Source: Mobula hypostoma (taxonomy: Eukaryota). Taken from it: 64,000 bases of DNA. The position numbers were made by a program, and so were the translations under genes. Within the stretch, counting starts at the first letter, position 1. Every line of letters starts with the position of its first letter. The stretch spans positions 109,432,001 through 109,496,000 of the forward strand of contig NC_086097.1 of NCBI RefSeq assembly GCF_963921235.1. Direction: 5' to 3'. The notes beneath the pieces were generated by a model. That model was not told the origin of the DNA. It was given only the letters and a program-made list of their open reading frames with translations, and did no database searches. Below are positions 1 to 12,840 of this stretch, one piece after another.

Positions 1-744
1 TCACTCATTTGCAATGTAATATTCTTGTAATTGATTCCCCCCCCCCCGCCCCGCCGCCGCCAAAATGGGCTTCACAATGTTTACGAATGTTGATGAGTGA
101 GGGGATATACTATAACCATCTCAGGGTATGGAACTCTCCTCACGGTAGAGGGTTTGGGATTTATTATGTAGAAAATCAATTTGGATGCTTCATGCCCAGA
201 TGTTGATGTAAAATGATACCAGTGGAAACCTGAGACTTTAGATTTGTTCCAGTTGAGCTACGGAACTGAACCTGGAATAACCAGCCTGAGCACTATTCTT
301 TAGGCCGGTAGTAAGGTCAAACTCTGTGTCTCTCTATATTCTGAAAAGGTCGAAGAAATGTATCTATTTACTAATTACATCATTTTCCCTTTGTTGCTGA
401 CTAACTGTGGATGATTTGTAAGTATATTATCAACGATGCTCTTATCATTGTTCTAATGCATACACTTTTCATAGACTCCAAACAGCAGTAATTGATATAC
501 ATTATACCCCAGCAATCATTTGTGCAAATGCTCCTCCATGTTGCTGCTATAACTACTGAGATTATGCTAGTGAAAAATTGTTCAGTTAATTATTTTGTAT
601 GCTTGAAGTTGCTTTGTTCTTTTCAATCTCAGTATCAACCACAGTATTTTTCTATAATTCAGGGTGACATGCACGCATTTTGCAGATTGTTTTGTTTTTC
701 CTGATATAGATTTCAGATTTATATGCAGTAATATTCTGGCATTC

Positions 745-1030
745 TTTTTAAATCAAAAATAGAGAAGGTTGCAAAATACAGGCCCTGCACTACTCACTCC
801 TGCCTCTAAGGGAGAATCTGCTTCAAGAACTCTCTTGCTTAAAGCAGACTCTTTGAATATTTTTGAAGCAGAGGTAATAATTAATTGGCAAAAGAATGAA
901 AGTTTACTGCGGGTAGACAGGAAAGTAGAGTTGAGATTACAGAAAGATTAGCCATGATCTAATAAAATGGCAGAACATGCTTGAGGAACCCAATGGCCTA
1001 TTCCTGTTCCTAATTTACATTTTTTATGTT
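745..1030 (+). mobile_element. Old CR1 LINE 3' fragment
   Basis: Degenerate CR1 3' end (…aatatttttgaagcagagg…gattagccatgatct…tggcctattcctgttcctaat…ttatgttct) matching the tails of intact CR1 copies elsewhere in the window. Confidence 0.7.
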
Positions 1031-1519
1031 CTGAATATTTTAAACAAGATTTGTGTGTTTGATCTGATGTGATCATAGTTAAGCTTACTGCAAAAATTGA
1101 ATGCATAAATAAAGGTTTAAGCTTTTCCATAAACCACCATTACTGTGCTGTGTATTAGTCTGATTATATTTCTTTTCAATAATTTAGCGTAGGGGTAGCA
1201 CAATACTTTACTGTACAGAAGAACCTACTCTGCATCTCAATAAATTAAAAAAAATAAGTGTTCTTCCAGGAATATAACAATACCTTCAAGATTTTTTTAA
1301 GAATTAAAATCTCTTGTGTCTCCAATTTGAAAGTGAAGTTTTATTAATTCAGCTGAAAATGATCTTAGCACAAAACCAAATACAAATGTCCAGTCCTTCA
1401 ACTACACCTACTCTGAACTTTGAAAATGACTTTGATTAAACTATGCTGAACCTTCTGGTAGTTGGAATCAGAATCAGACTTATTATCACTGATAGGAGAC
1501 CTGTTTTGCTTCCTTAAGG

Positions 1520-2076
1520 TCATTATAGCCTGGAGTGGTAATGGGATAAGCTCCCTCCACCTGTCGAATGCTCCCAAATGCGTGCATCTCAAAAAGCCTC
1601 TGACAACCAAGGCCAGCTCCTAGCCTTTATGTGTGGCTTAGCTACTAAGCTCGATGGAACTGTTTCTACTGACAGGAAAGGGGGCAAAGGCTGGTTACTG
1701 GTGTCTTAAAACCAGTTGCTTTGAGGAGATGGGGCTCATCAGCTGTGGTTAGCAGTGGCTCATCCAGGAGAAAAAAAACTCTGATCTCAAACCTCCACTG
1801 TCCTGTGGCTACACCCACTCATGAGGAAGACTTCAGGAGTAAACCCGGAAGAAAAATCCGGAGCTGGAGTCTCCAGGGCAGTCCTACATTGAGTTCAACA
1901 CTAACTGGCATCTCCTGCGATGCTGCTGGTGCCAAACTATATCAGTTTCTGCTGTTCCTTTAGATTCATCAGCTGTGTGGAGAGGGGTAGCCTGCTGCTT
2001 GGGCAACAGATTGTTCTCCATATCGTACTGTCCAGGCTTGCATATCATGTAGGCTGCTAGGATACAATATCCATGA
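1520..2076 (+). mobile_element. Probable non-autonomous retroelement (RTE 5'-region-like)
   Basis: GC-richer non-coding block with a GCTTAG-CTA-CTAAGC hairpin. It resembles RTE-type 5' UTR repeats from memory, so the family call is tentative. Confidence 0.4.
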
Positions 2077-2089
2077 CCTGACCAACACA

Positions 2090-2540
2090 AGACTTCACAG
2101 TGCAAAGACATAAAATGACTATAAATTACAAAGATATATAAATAGTGCAAACAAATGGAATAACAATGCATGTTTATAGGTGCAAGGAACACTCAGAAAT
2201 CTGATGACAAAGGGGAAGAAACTGTTCCTGAATTATTGAGTGTGGATCTTTGGGCTTCTATACCTCCTCCATAATGTTATTAACAAGAAGAGGGCATACC
2301 CTAGTTGGTGAGAGTCCTTGTTGATGGATGCCACCTTCTTGAGGTGCAGTCTTGTGAAGATGTCCTCAGTGGTGGGGAGTGTTGTGCCTGTATGAAACTA
2401 TCTGAGTCTACCGCCGTCTGAAGCCTCTTGTGATCCTACGCACTAGAGCCTCCCTAAGATGCTGTGATGCAACCAGTCAGCATGATCTTCTGCGACACAC
2501 TGAATCTCTTCAAGCTCCTAGCAAAGTGGAGCTGTCAGTG
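2090..2540 (-). mobile_element. Rex/Babar- or L2-like LINE 3' fragment
   Basis: Same degenerate sequence (…gaagaaactgttcctgaa…gagggcata…gatggatgccaccttcttgagg…) recurs at 8620-9043/13042-13195, 15820-16170 and 52425-52770. Confidence 0.6.
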
Positions 2541-2619
2541 AAGCTATGGTGGTGAGCACATTAGTTTCTTAATAATCATACATTCAAATACTTTAAAAAT
2601 GGCCTATTACTACAATGTT

Positions 2620-2674
2620 GCCTCTCAAGTCCAACCCTATGCCCCCGTCGTGAGAGGTGGAAATGGGTAAGGAC
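2620..2674 (+). ncRNA. HDV-like self-cleaving ribozyme fold (probably inactivated copy)
   Basis: P1 GCCTCTC(2620-2626)/GAGAGGT(2652-2658) with G1·U wobble. P3 ATG/CGT closes 7-nt L3 CCCCCGT, and GG(2659-2660) can form P1.1. P2 CCCT/AGGA is imperfect. The expected catalytic C position (2667) is G. Confidence 0.6.
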
Positions 2675-2845
2675 GGCCAGCAGGGCTCTGGTGAAGCTGT
2701 ATAGGCCAATCCCCCATACAGTGGATACATTGGATTACAGAAACGTTGACGAACCCCAACCATATCATTGACTTCAGAGGACGATGGAGATGGGAAATTA
2801 TCGATGGCCTATGCTCCCCTGGGAGTTAAGGGCCCATGTGAGTAA
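2620..2845 (+). mobile_element. Short non-autonomous RTE-tailed retroelement with ribozyme head
   Basis: The 3' end TGGCCTATGCTCCCCTGGGAGTTAAGGGCCCATGTGAGTAA resembles RTE-clade tails. The 5' end folds as an HDV-like double pseudoknot. Confidence 0.6.
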
Positions 2846-3169
2846 CTATTGACATAGAAAGATTATTATATTTTTAAAGCTTCTTCAAATTCCCTTAGGA
2901 TTCACCATAAGAGGAAGCTTACAGTGGTGATTAGTTTTAATATGTGCCCACCTTTGTGAAATTACCTGGCTTCTTTAATTTTAATAAACTGACACAAACG
3001 TAAGTTCACAGAAACAGATTGCAGTGTGGTAGACTTCAACCCCAACAGTAGCCTAGAGTTGATAAACCACACTGACTGAACTTGCCAAGTCCTGGGTGCT
3101 CAGCTGCCAGAGGCAAAGATTAAATAAGCAGATCAAGAGATAAACCTATTTGTCATCCTTATTAATTTG

Positions 3170-3378
3170 AAAATTAAAACAAAACTGCAGCTGATAAAAT
3201 CTTAAATAAAAACAAAAAATGCTTGGAACATTCAGTAGATTATGGAGCACCTGTGGAAAAGGAGACAGTGATAACATTTCGGGTTAAGAACCATCTGAAG
3301 ATTCTGATGAAATGTTAACTCTCTTTCTCTAATGCTCGCCCAACGGTGTTTCCAGCTTTTTCCTGCTTCATCTGCTAT
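3170..3378. mobile_element. Degenerate Penelope-like terminal repeat fragments (inverted arrangement)
   Basis: Two opposed remnants of the PLE terminus (…cccgaaatgtt… on minus; ctgatgaaatgttaactctc…tttccagctttttcctg on plus). Confidence 0.45.
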
Positions 3379-3399
3379 TGTAGATTTATTTGTCTAAGA

Positions 3400-3479
3400 C
3401 AGGGGTTTCCAACCTTGGTTCCAAGGACCCTTTGCTTAATGGCATTGGTCCATGACATAAAGAAGATTGGAATCGCCTG
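3400..3479. mobile_element. hAT (Charlie-like) MITE
   Basis: Imperfect TIRs CAGGGGTTTCCAACCT / AGATTGGAATCGCCTG, flanked by an 8-bp TSD GTCTAAGA (3392-3399) / GTCTATGA (3480-3487). Confidence 0.8.
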
Positions 3480-4889
3480 GTCTATGATAATATCGATGGA
3501 ATTAATTACTCCATATCCATATACAGATGACGTATTCACATGCAGAATACAACCAAGGTTGTGGTAAATGTGAATGACTAGAACCGAAGTGGCCACTCAA
3601 AGCAGGATATCCATGGAAGTGAGTTATCATTAATCGGAAAATTACATCTCATCAAAATCTGAAACCTCATGCTCTAGCAAGCCATTCACTGGATTTCTGC
3701 CATGAACCAATCTGCTTCAATGAAGAATGTTTTAGTGCATTCGAGAAGTAGCAACTGATCCACTTAAAAATAATGATCCTGCTTTCTGCAGCTCAACAAC
3801 TATAAGCATGCTAAAGAGTGAAAGTCAGAAATTCAACCAATTAAATGATGCATTCTTACAAATCAATTGCTTTTCAAAGGTAAAAGGTTAGTTGTACATT
3901 AAGTGTATTTTCTAAAATGTTGGTACTAATTTAACTGTTAAACATTCACATTTGGTGAATTTAGAATCTCAACATTGTTAAAGCAAGAAGAAAGCTGTTT
4001 AGTCCGTTCTAGTCAGGACCATTTCTTACACTTTTAAATATTTACCTCCTGCCTAAATCGGTATCTGTTACACTTTTGTGGAGAGCATTCCAGATCATAA
4101 CTATTCATTACTTCAATTTGTTTTGCTTGCATCTCCCTAATCTTTTGTCTGTTTTTCAAGTCTTTTTCCTCTAGTCCTGGGCCCTGTGCTAATGGGGTAA
4201 TGATCTCTTTATTGACCTTTTCTAAACCTATCAAGATTTTGTACATATTTCTGAAATCTTCTCTCAATCTTTCTGATGCAAGAAAACTTCCATATTCCTT
4301 TAATTATAATCAGTCATTTCTAGAAACAGTCCAGCAATTTTTCTCCACAATTTGTAGAGCCTTGACATCTTTCCTAAAGTGCACTGACTAGCTATAAACA
4401 CAAACTTGGAGAAACACAGAAGTTCAGGCAGCATCTATGGAGCAAAATGAACAATTGACATTTTGGGCTGAGATCTTTCATCAGCTCCATAGATGTTGCC
4501 TCACCTGCTGAGATCCTCCTAAGCTTGTGTGTGTTCCAGCATGTGCGGTTCCCTTCCAGTCCATGTCTGTGGCTTAACCAGCTAACTGTTAAGATTGAAA
4601 GTAATCTTGTTGCTTTTGTACTTCATGATTTCTGAATTCCAGGATGTACATGGTGTATTAATTGTTTGGTCATACTTCAGAGATTTGTGCATAGATACAT
4701 ACAGAACTCTGTCCTGCACGCCTTTAGAAAATTGACTCTCCTTATTCGACTTCCATTCCTCTGTATTAACTTTCCTGTGCTCTGCATCTGTTCATCCACC
4801 AGTCTTTCTATGTCTTCAAGTAAATCAGCATCTATCCTCCTTGCATTTCCAAGATTTCTGTCACCTTTATAGTCTGAAATCCTAATTTG

Positions 4890-5230
4890 CTACACCCAGA
4901 TCCAAGTATATTAAAAATAGCAGTGGAACCACAAAAATACTACTTTATATCCCACAGTACAAAAGAACATGACCGATGCCTTATAAATCTTCAACATTAC
5001 ATCCTTACTTTTATATTCTAGTCGTTTTGAAATGAATGTGAATATTGCATTTGCCTTCCTTATCACTGATTTAACCTGCTGGTTAACCTTTAGGGAATCC
5101 TCCATGACGGTTCCCAAGCCACTTTGCACCTCTGATTTCTGAAATTGCTTCCTGATTGGGTAATAGTCTACACCTTCATTTCTTCTACCAGAGTGCATGA
5201 CAGTACACTGTATTCCATCCACCATTAACC
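4890..5230 (-). mobile_element. CR1 ORF2 fragment
   Basis: Translates to …IRKANAIFTFISKRLEYKSKDVMLKIYKA…, the CR1 post-RT region. Confidence 0.85.
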
Positions 5231-5689
5231 ATGACTTTTTTTGTTATCTGTTCATAGGACAATTTCTTATCCATCTAGTTTTGGCTTTCATTTAATGGCC
5301 TTCTGATTTGCTAATTATTCCCTGTTGTAGGATACCCAATCCCTTTTATCAATAAACAATCAGACTGGCAAAACTAAACTGCTTAACAATTCTAGTGTAC
5401 CTGGCCTGAGGCCTCAGATACAATTGACCATGCTGTGGCTGGTATTGAGTGTGCTGAGGATACCAAAACACAAGGAGATGGTTGAGTAGAAGGATAGATT
5501 TAGGATATCAGCACATTGCATGAGTGATATTGGCACTGATGGATGTTCAGGGTTGGAGGAAATGAACCTTTGGGTGATTAAGACTCAGATGACAAGTCAA
5601 GGATAAAGGGGGGAGCATTGATGTGATGGATGTGGGTGATTTACATCAGTAGAGGGAGATCTGAGTGAGAGTATTAATATGCTAGACTT

Positions 5690-7100
5690 TATTCTAAAAA
5701 TTAATCAGGTATAATTCTGGAAACTATAGACCAGTGAGTTTCACGTCAGTGGTCGGAAAGTTACTGGAGAGAATTCTTAGGGATAGGACTTATGAGCATT
5801 TGGAAAACCATGGCCTAATTAGGGAGAGCCAGTATGGCTTTGTGCAAGGCAAGTCATATCGCACTAACTTGATTGAATGTTTTTTGACGGGGTAACAAGA
5901 GTGTTTGATGAAAGTAAAGCTGTGGATATTGTCTTTATGAATCTTAATAAGGCATTTGACAAGGTCCCTTATGGTAGGCTTATCCAGAAGATGAAGATGC
6001 ATGCATTGGCCATTGGATTCAGAGCTGGCTTGCTCATAGACAACAGAGGATGGTGGTCAAAGGGCCTTATTCTAGCTGGAGGTTTGTGATTAGTGGTGTT
6101 CTGCAAGTATCTGTGCTGGGACCTCTGCTGTTTGTGATGTACATAAGTGACCTACATGAAAATGTGGATGGTTGGGTTAGTAGGCTTGCTGATACTATGA
6201 AGTTAGGTGGTGTTGGGGATTGCATAGAAAATAGGTAAAAAATACAGTGGGCTAAAGATCAGTTGTTGATAAGAGTGGAGAAAAGGCAGATGTAGTTTAA
6301 TCCAGCCAAAGGTGAAATGTTGCATCTTGGTAGGTCACGTTACACTCTTAAGGGCAAGACCCTTAATAGTGTTGATGAGCAGATGGATCTTGGATTCTAA
6401 ATTCACAGCTCCCTGAAAGTGTCTGCACAGGTTGGTAGGGTGGATAGCTAGGCATATGGAACGCTTGCCTTTACTAGTTGAGGCATTGAGATCAAAATTC
6501 AGGAAAATATTCTGCAACTTTAGAAAACTCTAGTTAGGCCACTTCTGAAGTAGTGCATACAGTTCTGGTCATCCCATTATAGGAAGGATGTCAAGACTTT
6601 GGAGAGGGTGCAGAAGAGGCTTATGAGCATGTTGCCTGGATTAAAGTGCATGTGCTATAACGAGAGATTGGATCAACCTGGGTTGTTTTCTCTGAAGCCA
6701 CTGAGGCTGAGGAGAAGAGTGATAGAGGGTTATAAGATTAAACGAGGCATGGATAGAGTAAACAGACAGCATTTTTTTCAGAGGGTTGGATTGTCCAATA
6801 CCAGAGGGCATGCATTTAAGAAGATAGGGAGTCATTTTTGAGAGACAAGTGGTTTTTTTTACACAGTGTGGTGGGTGTTTGGAATGCGCTGCCTGGGGTG
6901 ATGGTAGAGACAGAAACATTAGGGAATTTTAAGAGATGTTTAGATGGGTACAAGAATGTGAGAAAAATGGAAGGAAATGGACATTGTGTAGGCAGAAGGC
7001 ATTATATTAGTTGGCCAGTTGATTACTAATTTATTTGGTTGAGCACAACTTGTGGCCAAAGGCCCTGTTCCGATGGGTACCATTCGACGTTCTATGTTTT
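5690..7100 (+). mobile_element. Decayed 5'-truncated CR1 LINE (RT to 3' tail)
   Basis: Frameshifted RT motifs ([25 protein letters not shown]) and a tail ending ttctatgtt. Confidence 0.9.
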
Positions 7101-9043
7101 ATCTCCTATGACATTTGAGGGGAATACACATGGAGACAAAATGGATGGAGTGGGAAGTAGGGAAGCAGAATGCAGGGATGGGACTGGTGTCTGAAGAATG
7201 AAAGTGTGGATCTTGCAACCTTCCTTCTTATATTTTAATTCCTGAATTTGAGCTGAACAAAAACGCTGAATACAATGGCCAAGTCTACAACTAAGTGCAT
7301 GGAAATGTTAATTCTACTTCCCCCTCTATAGGTGGTGCATGGTCTGCTGGGGGCTGCCAGCATTTTCTGCTTTTGTTTCCATATTCCATAAGCTTTTTAT
7401 TGTTTGACAGGTAAAATGTAAACACAATACCATTCCTTTTAATTTCAAATACTAAACATTATTCATATACTGTTCTAAGCTTTAATGATTACGCATGGTG
7501 GTGATAATGCAGAGGAACCTCTCAACATCTCTATGTGAGACCAGCCATGTTCATAGTTCCCTTTCAAGTTGCTAAAAGTGGATTGAATGAAATAGGTTTT
7601 TATACTCATTTGTTCACTTGCTTTCACTTAGCAATGTAACCTTGACTAACTCAGTCTCAGTGCTTACTTTGAACTCCAACTCTATTAATGTCAGAAGTAA
7701 ACTTGGCAGAGTGTAAAACTCCTCTCTATGTATGCGTGGAAAAGCAAAAAAAAATGTTTCTATAAATCTGAAATGAAACAGCAAAGTAAGAACTACAGGT
7801 AGATGACCATCACTCCTCCATTCATGACTCCATCTTCCAATACACTTAGCTCTCTCTCTTCCCGAACAAGGGTGAGGGTGGGGAGCCAATGCCACTGTGC
7901 GCTGCTGTCCCACAGTGGAATTCCTCCAGCTAAATGCACCATCTTTGATTTCCATCACAGACTTCATTTCCCCAGGCAAGAGTCATATCCTCCTTCATGG
8001 GAACTACATGAAACCATATCAAAAATTTGCAACCTTATTGTTAAACATGGCTGTGAATTTCAGACCCAAGACAACTCATTTCCATCTGTGACATATCATG
8101 ATCCCATTCACGAAAAGTTCAGAGAGAGAAACAGTCCATTCCTGAATGCAGCAAGACCTCGTCAGTATTTGGAAATGAAATAGTAAATCATAAGTGACCA
8201 TCACACCACACTTGGAAGATAGTGCTAGTTTGGACAGCCAGACCAGATAATCCAAATACTGCCAGAAATTCAAATCTAGACCAACCAAATTTCGCACCAC
8301 AAGCAAAGATTCACGGTAGGAGCTCTGCCTGCAGAAGATCAAAGGCTTCACTGGCCGGTTCCTTTGAAAAGCTTTAACATTCAAGTTTTGTGGAGGGGGG
8401 CATTGTGTTCAGAAGCCTCCCTGAAAGTTAGACGTTCCTGGTTATATATTTTTATCAACCCCCTCCACCTCCACTTGCTAACCCTCCCCTTTATCCCTTC
8501 AGACGTCTGGCAAAAAGGCCTTGCCTTCAGATCCTATTCTTCTGGCCAGCAATTCCTACATCAAATTTTGTTACAAAATATGATAGCCTTCATTGCTATA
8601 ATAGTAAATGATTCTGGTAACCCTCAATTTCAAAGTTCAAATTTGTTGTTAAAATACATACATGTCACCATATACAAACCTGAGATTCATTTTCTTGTGG
8701 GCATAACCTTAATGATGGAATCTATGAAAGATCACGTCCAACAAAGTGGACAACCAGTGTGCAAATGCAAAAAGAAAGAAGAGGTATAATAGTAATAATA
8801 ATAATAATAAATCTATAAATATTGAGAACATGAGATGAAGAGCATTTGGAAGTAAGTTCATAGGTTGTGGGAACAGTTCAGTGATGGAGCAAGTGAATTT
8901 CAGTGAAGTTTTCCCCTCTGGTTCAGGAGCCTGATGCTTGAGGGGTAATAATTTTTCCCGAACCCAGTGGTGTATGTACTGAGACTCCTGTACCTTCTTC
9001 CTGATGGAAGCAGCGAGAAGAAAGCATGACCTGGGTGGTGGGG

Positions 9044-9245
9044 TGTTATGTTTGTTCTTAATAAGGACAAAGAGTGAGAGTAAAAATGCTAGCACATATT
9101 TATTTACAGAGAACTTCAGTAATATCTTCAGCTCATTATGAGTGTGTACAACCAGCTCCCTAATGCCACTACTGTTTCCGGGTGAATTGCCGACATTGCA
9201 CACTGGGAAGTGAAGTTCTTTATTATGTACATACATAATAACACA
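9044..9245 (-). repeat. 3' LTR of Gypsy element
   Basis: Direct repeat of 12841-13041, preceded on the minus strand by a short purine tract GGGAAGA. Confidence 0.9.
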
Positions 9246-12200
9246 TCTTCCCAGTTTAAGGAAAAAGCAAACACAAACCTGCAAGAAACAATACTTCTTT
9301 TCAGCAAAGGTATTTACATTAACTTCAATTGTAATGAGCAAATAACTGTATTTATTCACTCATAAACTCTCAGTCAGTCTCTGAGGTGGCTTAATAATCC
9401 TTTTTGGTCTGCTAATTGTTGCCACAGATGTACTGCTTTCACTTCCTGTCTTTCTGAGAACTCTGAACAAGTTAATTTTTCACATCTGCTGGCCCCTTTG
9501 GTGCACTGATAGGTGACATTTCACAGCTACGTGTTGGAGCTCGTGGTCATAGATCCACACGGTTCCTTCACAGGAGGTGCTCCTCACTCTATCTGGATCT
9601 GGTAGGAATATCCAGCAGCTTCCTCTTGCACATCTGCTTGCATAGACCATGTGCCAGAAGCGTGATCTTGGATTTGCACTCGATCTCTAGGTTTCTGGAC
9701 TGGTCGGTGTTTCATGGTCTTATCGTGATACTGGTTCTGCTTCTCTTTCCCTTTGGCTAATTTGGCCTTCTCAATCAGCTGTCAACAGGATTTCGTGCGT
9801 TGGAAGGTTAGTGAATATGCGCCAACCCATCAGCATCTGTGCTGGTGTAAGGCCATTCGCAGTGGCACACTTCTGTAAATCATCAGACTTTTGTGTAAGT
9901 CCTCTTGTCCATCATCCACCATCATGAGGACCTTCACTAGCTTGAACTCTCTGCTAGGCCATTAGATTTTGGGTGATGTGGGTTTGAAGTTATATGTCTA
10001 TACCCCCAGTCATTGGCAAATTCACTGCTGGAAAATTGTGCACCATTATCTGATACCATTTCACATGGATCTCCATGTCTCGCAAACACAGCTTTCAGGA
10101 AGGTGATAACCGCTCTGCTGGCTGTTGATTGCAGTGTTGCAACCTCTGGGTGATCAGAAAAGTAGTCTGTTACAACAATATGACTCTTCCCATTACAGTC
10201 AAACAAATCCACTCCAACTGTGAAGTATGGCCCGTCTGGTACAGGGTGTGGTGTAAGCAGTTCTGCTTGCTACTTTGGTCCGTAGGTAAGGTATATTTCA
10301 CACAAAGCAGTAATCTGGCTGATATCTTGGTTCATTCTTGGCCAGTACATCACTTCACAAGCTCTATGTTTACATTTTTCCTCACCAAGATGCCCATCAT
10401 ATGTATTCTGGAGCATTTCCTTGTGTAGTGACCCTGGAATCACAAATCAGTTCACTTTGAAGACTAAATCTTCCACTCCTGACAGTTCAGCTGTGCATAC
10501 CCAATAATCCCGTGTACACATTATACAGGCCTTCTTAGCTGCTGGCCATTCTTTCTGTATTGTCTTTTTGAGTATATTCGTTGCTTTATCTGCTGCTGTC
10601 CTATCTTCTCTGTTCTATCAGGGGATACTGGAAAGAAGGTGACAATCATATCAACATTCAGTGGTTTAGACATAATTAAAACCAGTGGTTTACAGTCTGT
10701 CTCCACTTCAAAAGCTTGACCAAAGATATATTGATGGAACTTCTTGCATGCATATGTGTTGGCAAGAAGCTCTTTCTCTATCTGTGCACAGTTGGCTTCT
10801 GCACTTGATAAAACCCTGGATGCATAAGCAATATCATGGTGCATCAACCAAGATCCTGGTACATCTCAGTATGGTTCTTCAGTTAGGATTCTTTTCAGCA
10901 TCAGGAAGCACTCTTCTTGCTTGTGAGATCAAATCCACTCATTTCACTGCTTAAGGAGTGACCTAAGTGGTGCTGACACAGTAGGCAGTTGAGGGATGAA
11001 CTTAGCCAAGTAAGTCACCACCCCCAGGAGATGTCTCACCTCCTCTTTGCTTTGGGCCCTCTCCATGTTCTCAATGGCTGACATCTTTCTTAGGCTAAGC
11101 TTCACTTCCTCTTCCGACATGATATACCCCCGCCCCCAGAATAATTTTGTCATCCATCATGGTCTCAAAGCAGGTATGCCCTCAAAGCTTATGTGGATGG
11201 TTTTATGGTTGACCTCTGGAGCGGACAGGATCCATTACAGTAACTGAAGCAAGTGATATCTTCCTTCTGGTGTGTTCAAAGTGCACAGTCTCAAACTTGC
11301 CTCAGCAAGGTTCATATGCCAAAACTCAGACACTGCGTTGAGTTTGCTAAACCACTTGGCAACTAAACACCGAGACATGATCTCCTTCTGTGTTGGCAAT
11401 TTAAGATGCTCTCTCAGTGGCTTTATTGAGATCTCTTAGGTCTAGACATATCCACAATGCTTCATTTTCCTTTTGCACAATGACCAATGAGCTCACCCAA
11501 TCTGTTGGTTTTTCAATTTTTTGAATAACATTTATCTGTTCCATGCATGCTAGTTCTTGTTTGAGTTTGTCTCAAAGTGCAAATGGAACTTTCCAGCATG
11601 TATGGACAGCGGGAGCTACTGTCTCATCTACATGAGTTTTGTGTCCACCAGGTAAGTAAAATGTGGTTATCTTTGGACTGTAAAGCCACTACAAAAACTC
11701 TTTTCACCTGGTTGAGCTTTTCACATGCTTTCAGACCAAATATTGGCTGTACAGGTGTACTCTCTTTTCTACAATCAGTACCTGTGCCTTTAGTTGCTCC
11801 CTCTTATGCTTGAAGATCACTATACAGCCCCTTTTACTGGAATGTTCTCTCCAGTATAGGTCTGTAGACAATCTTTGAATTTTTCTCCATTTCCTCAGCA
11901 ACTGTGTGCATCCTTCTCCTAGTAGCCCCAACGTGATAGCATTTTGCAAAATGGTTCTTTTCCCCAGAATTATTGCAGGACTTTCCATAAGCAGAACACA
12001 TCTTTGGGATGTGCTTACCTCCACATTTGCTGCATTTGCTGTGTGAGCCTGTCTCTTTGTTATGCTTTTGCTTTGGGAAACACCTTGAGCTCTGCCCCTT
12101 TGTTTTCACAGCATGTACTGTTGTTTCTGTCCTGTGCAGCTCCTTAGCTTGTGCTTGTGTGGTCTCTGCTGTCCTGCATGTATCCACAGCCTTTTCCAGT

Positions 12201-12827
12201 AACACATCTTTTTCATTGAGCAGTCTCTCTCTGAGCCCATTATTTAGGATTCGCAAACTACTTTGTCTCTAACTAATGAGTCTCTCAAATCTCCAAACTC
12301 ACAGGACTTACTCAGTGTGTGAAGCTCAGCTAGGTATTGGTCAAAGCTAACACCTTGTTTCTGGTCACAGGAAAAGAACTTATACCTTTCAAACGTGATG
12401 TTTTTACTTGGAACAAAGTAATCCTCATTTTTTTTTTCATCAGAGTGTCCAAAGTAAAGGCTGTCTCATTCAATTTGAAAGCTGATGTAGATATCCAAAG
12501 TACCTTCGCCAATTACATGTAGAATGTTAGATGCCTTCAATTTTGCATCCATTGCTCTGGCTCTACTCGCTGCTAAATATATAATCATTGTTTGAAGCAT
12601 TTTCAGTTTTCAGTTAGATTGCTGGTAAACTGCAAAAGTGCGGGAGGGCTTAACTTATCCATGACTGAATTTTCGGTCTCTCACCTGAATCTCTTGGTGA
12701 CATTGGTGAACAACGGCAGCTTCAGGACACAACGTGCTCTCTGGTCAGCATCTTCTCTCCATCGGAATATAGTGTCTCTTTCTTAATAACTCGTGGTACA
12801 TTTTCCTGGTGTTTAGTCCTCACGCTG

Positions 12828-12840
12828 ACTTCCGACACTA
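12828..12840 (-). promoter_or_regulatory. Primer binding site (tRNA-Leu-like)
   Basis: TAGTGTCGGAAGT immediately after the 5' LTR, 2 mismatches from TGGTGTCAGAAGT (complement of the tRNA-Leu 3' end). Confidence 0.7.

Noticed and set aside
88..292. TGATGA…CTGA pair suggesting a box C/D snoRNA or scaRNA
   Set aside because: No convincing terminal stem or recognisable guide sequence, and these short motifs occur by chance.
1610..1772. Possible second HDV-like ribozyme (CTCCTAG/CCAGGAG P2-like pairing)
   Set aside because: P3 and P1 could not be formed in the required order in this copy.
3792..3879. Possible plus-strand exon (…MLKSESQKFNQLNDAFLQINCFSK)
   Set aside because: Open in one frame but not recognisable, with a weak donor and no partner exons.
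8709..9359. 216-aa minus-strand ORF
   Set aside because: It runs across the Gypsy LTR, a LINE tail and a (TAA)n microsatellite, so it is a chance ORF.
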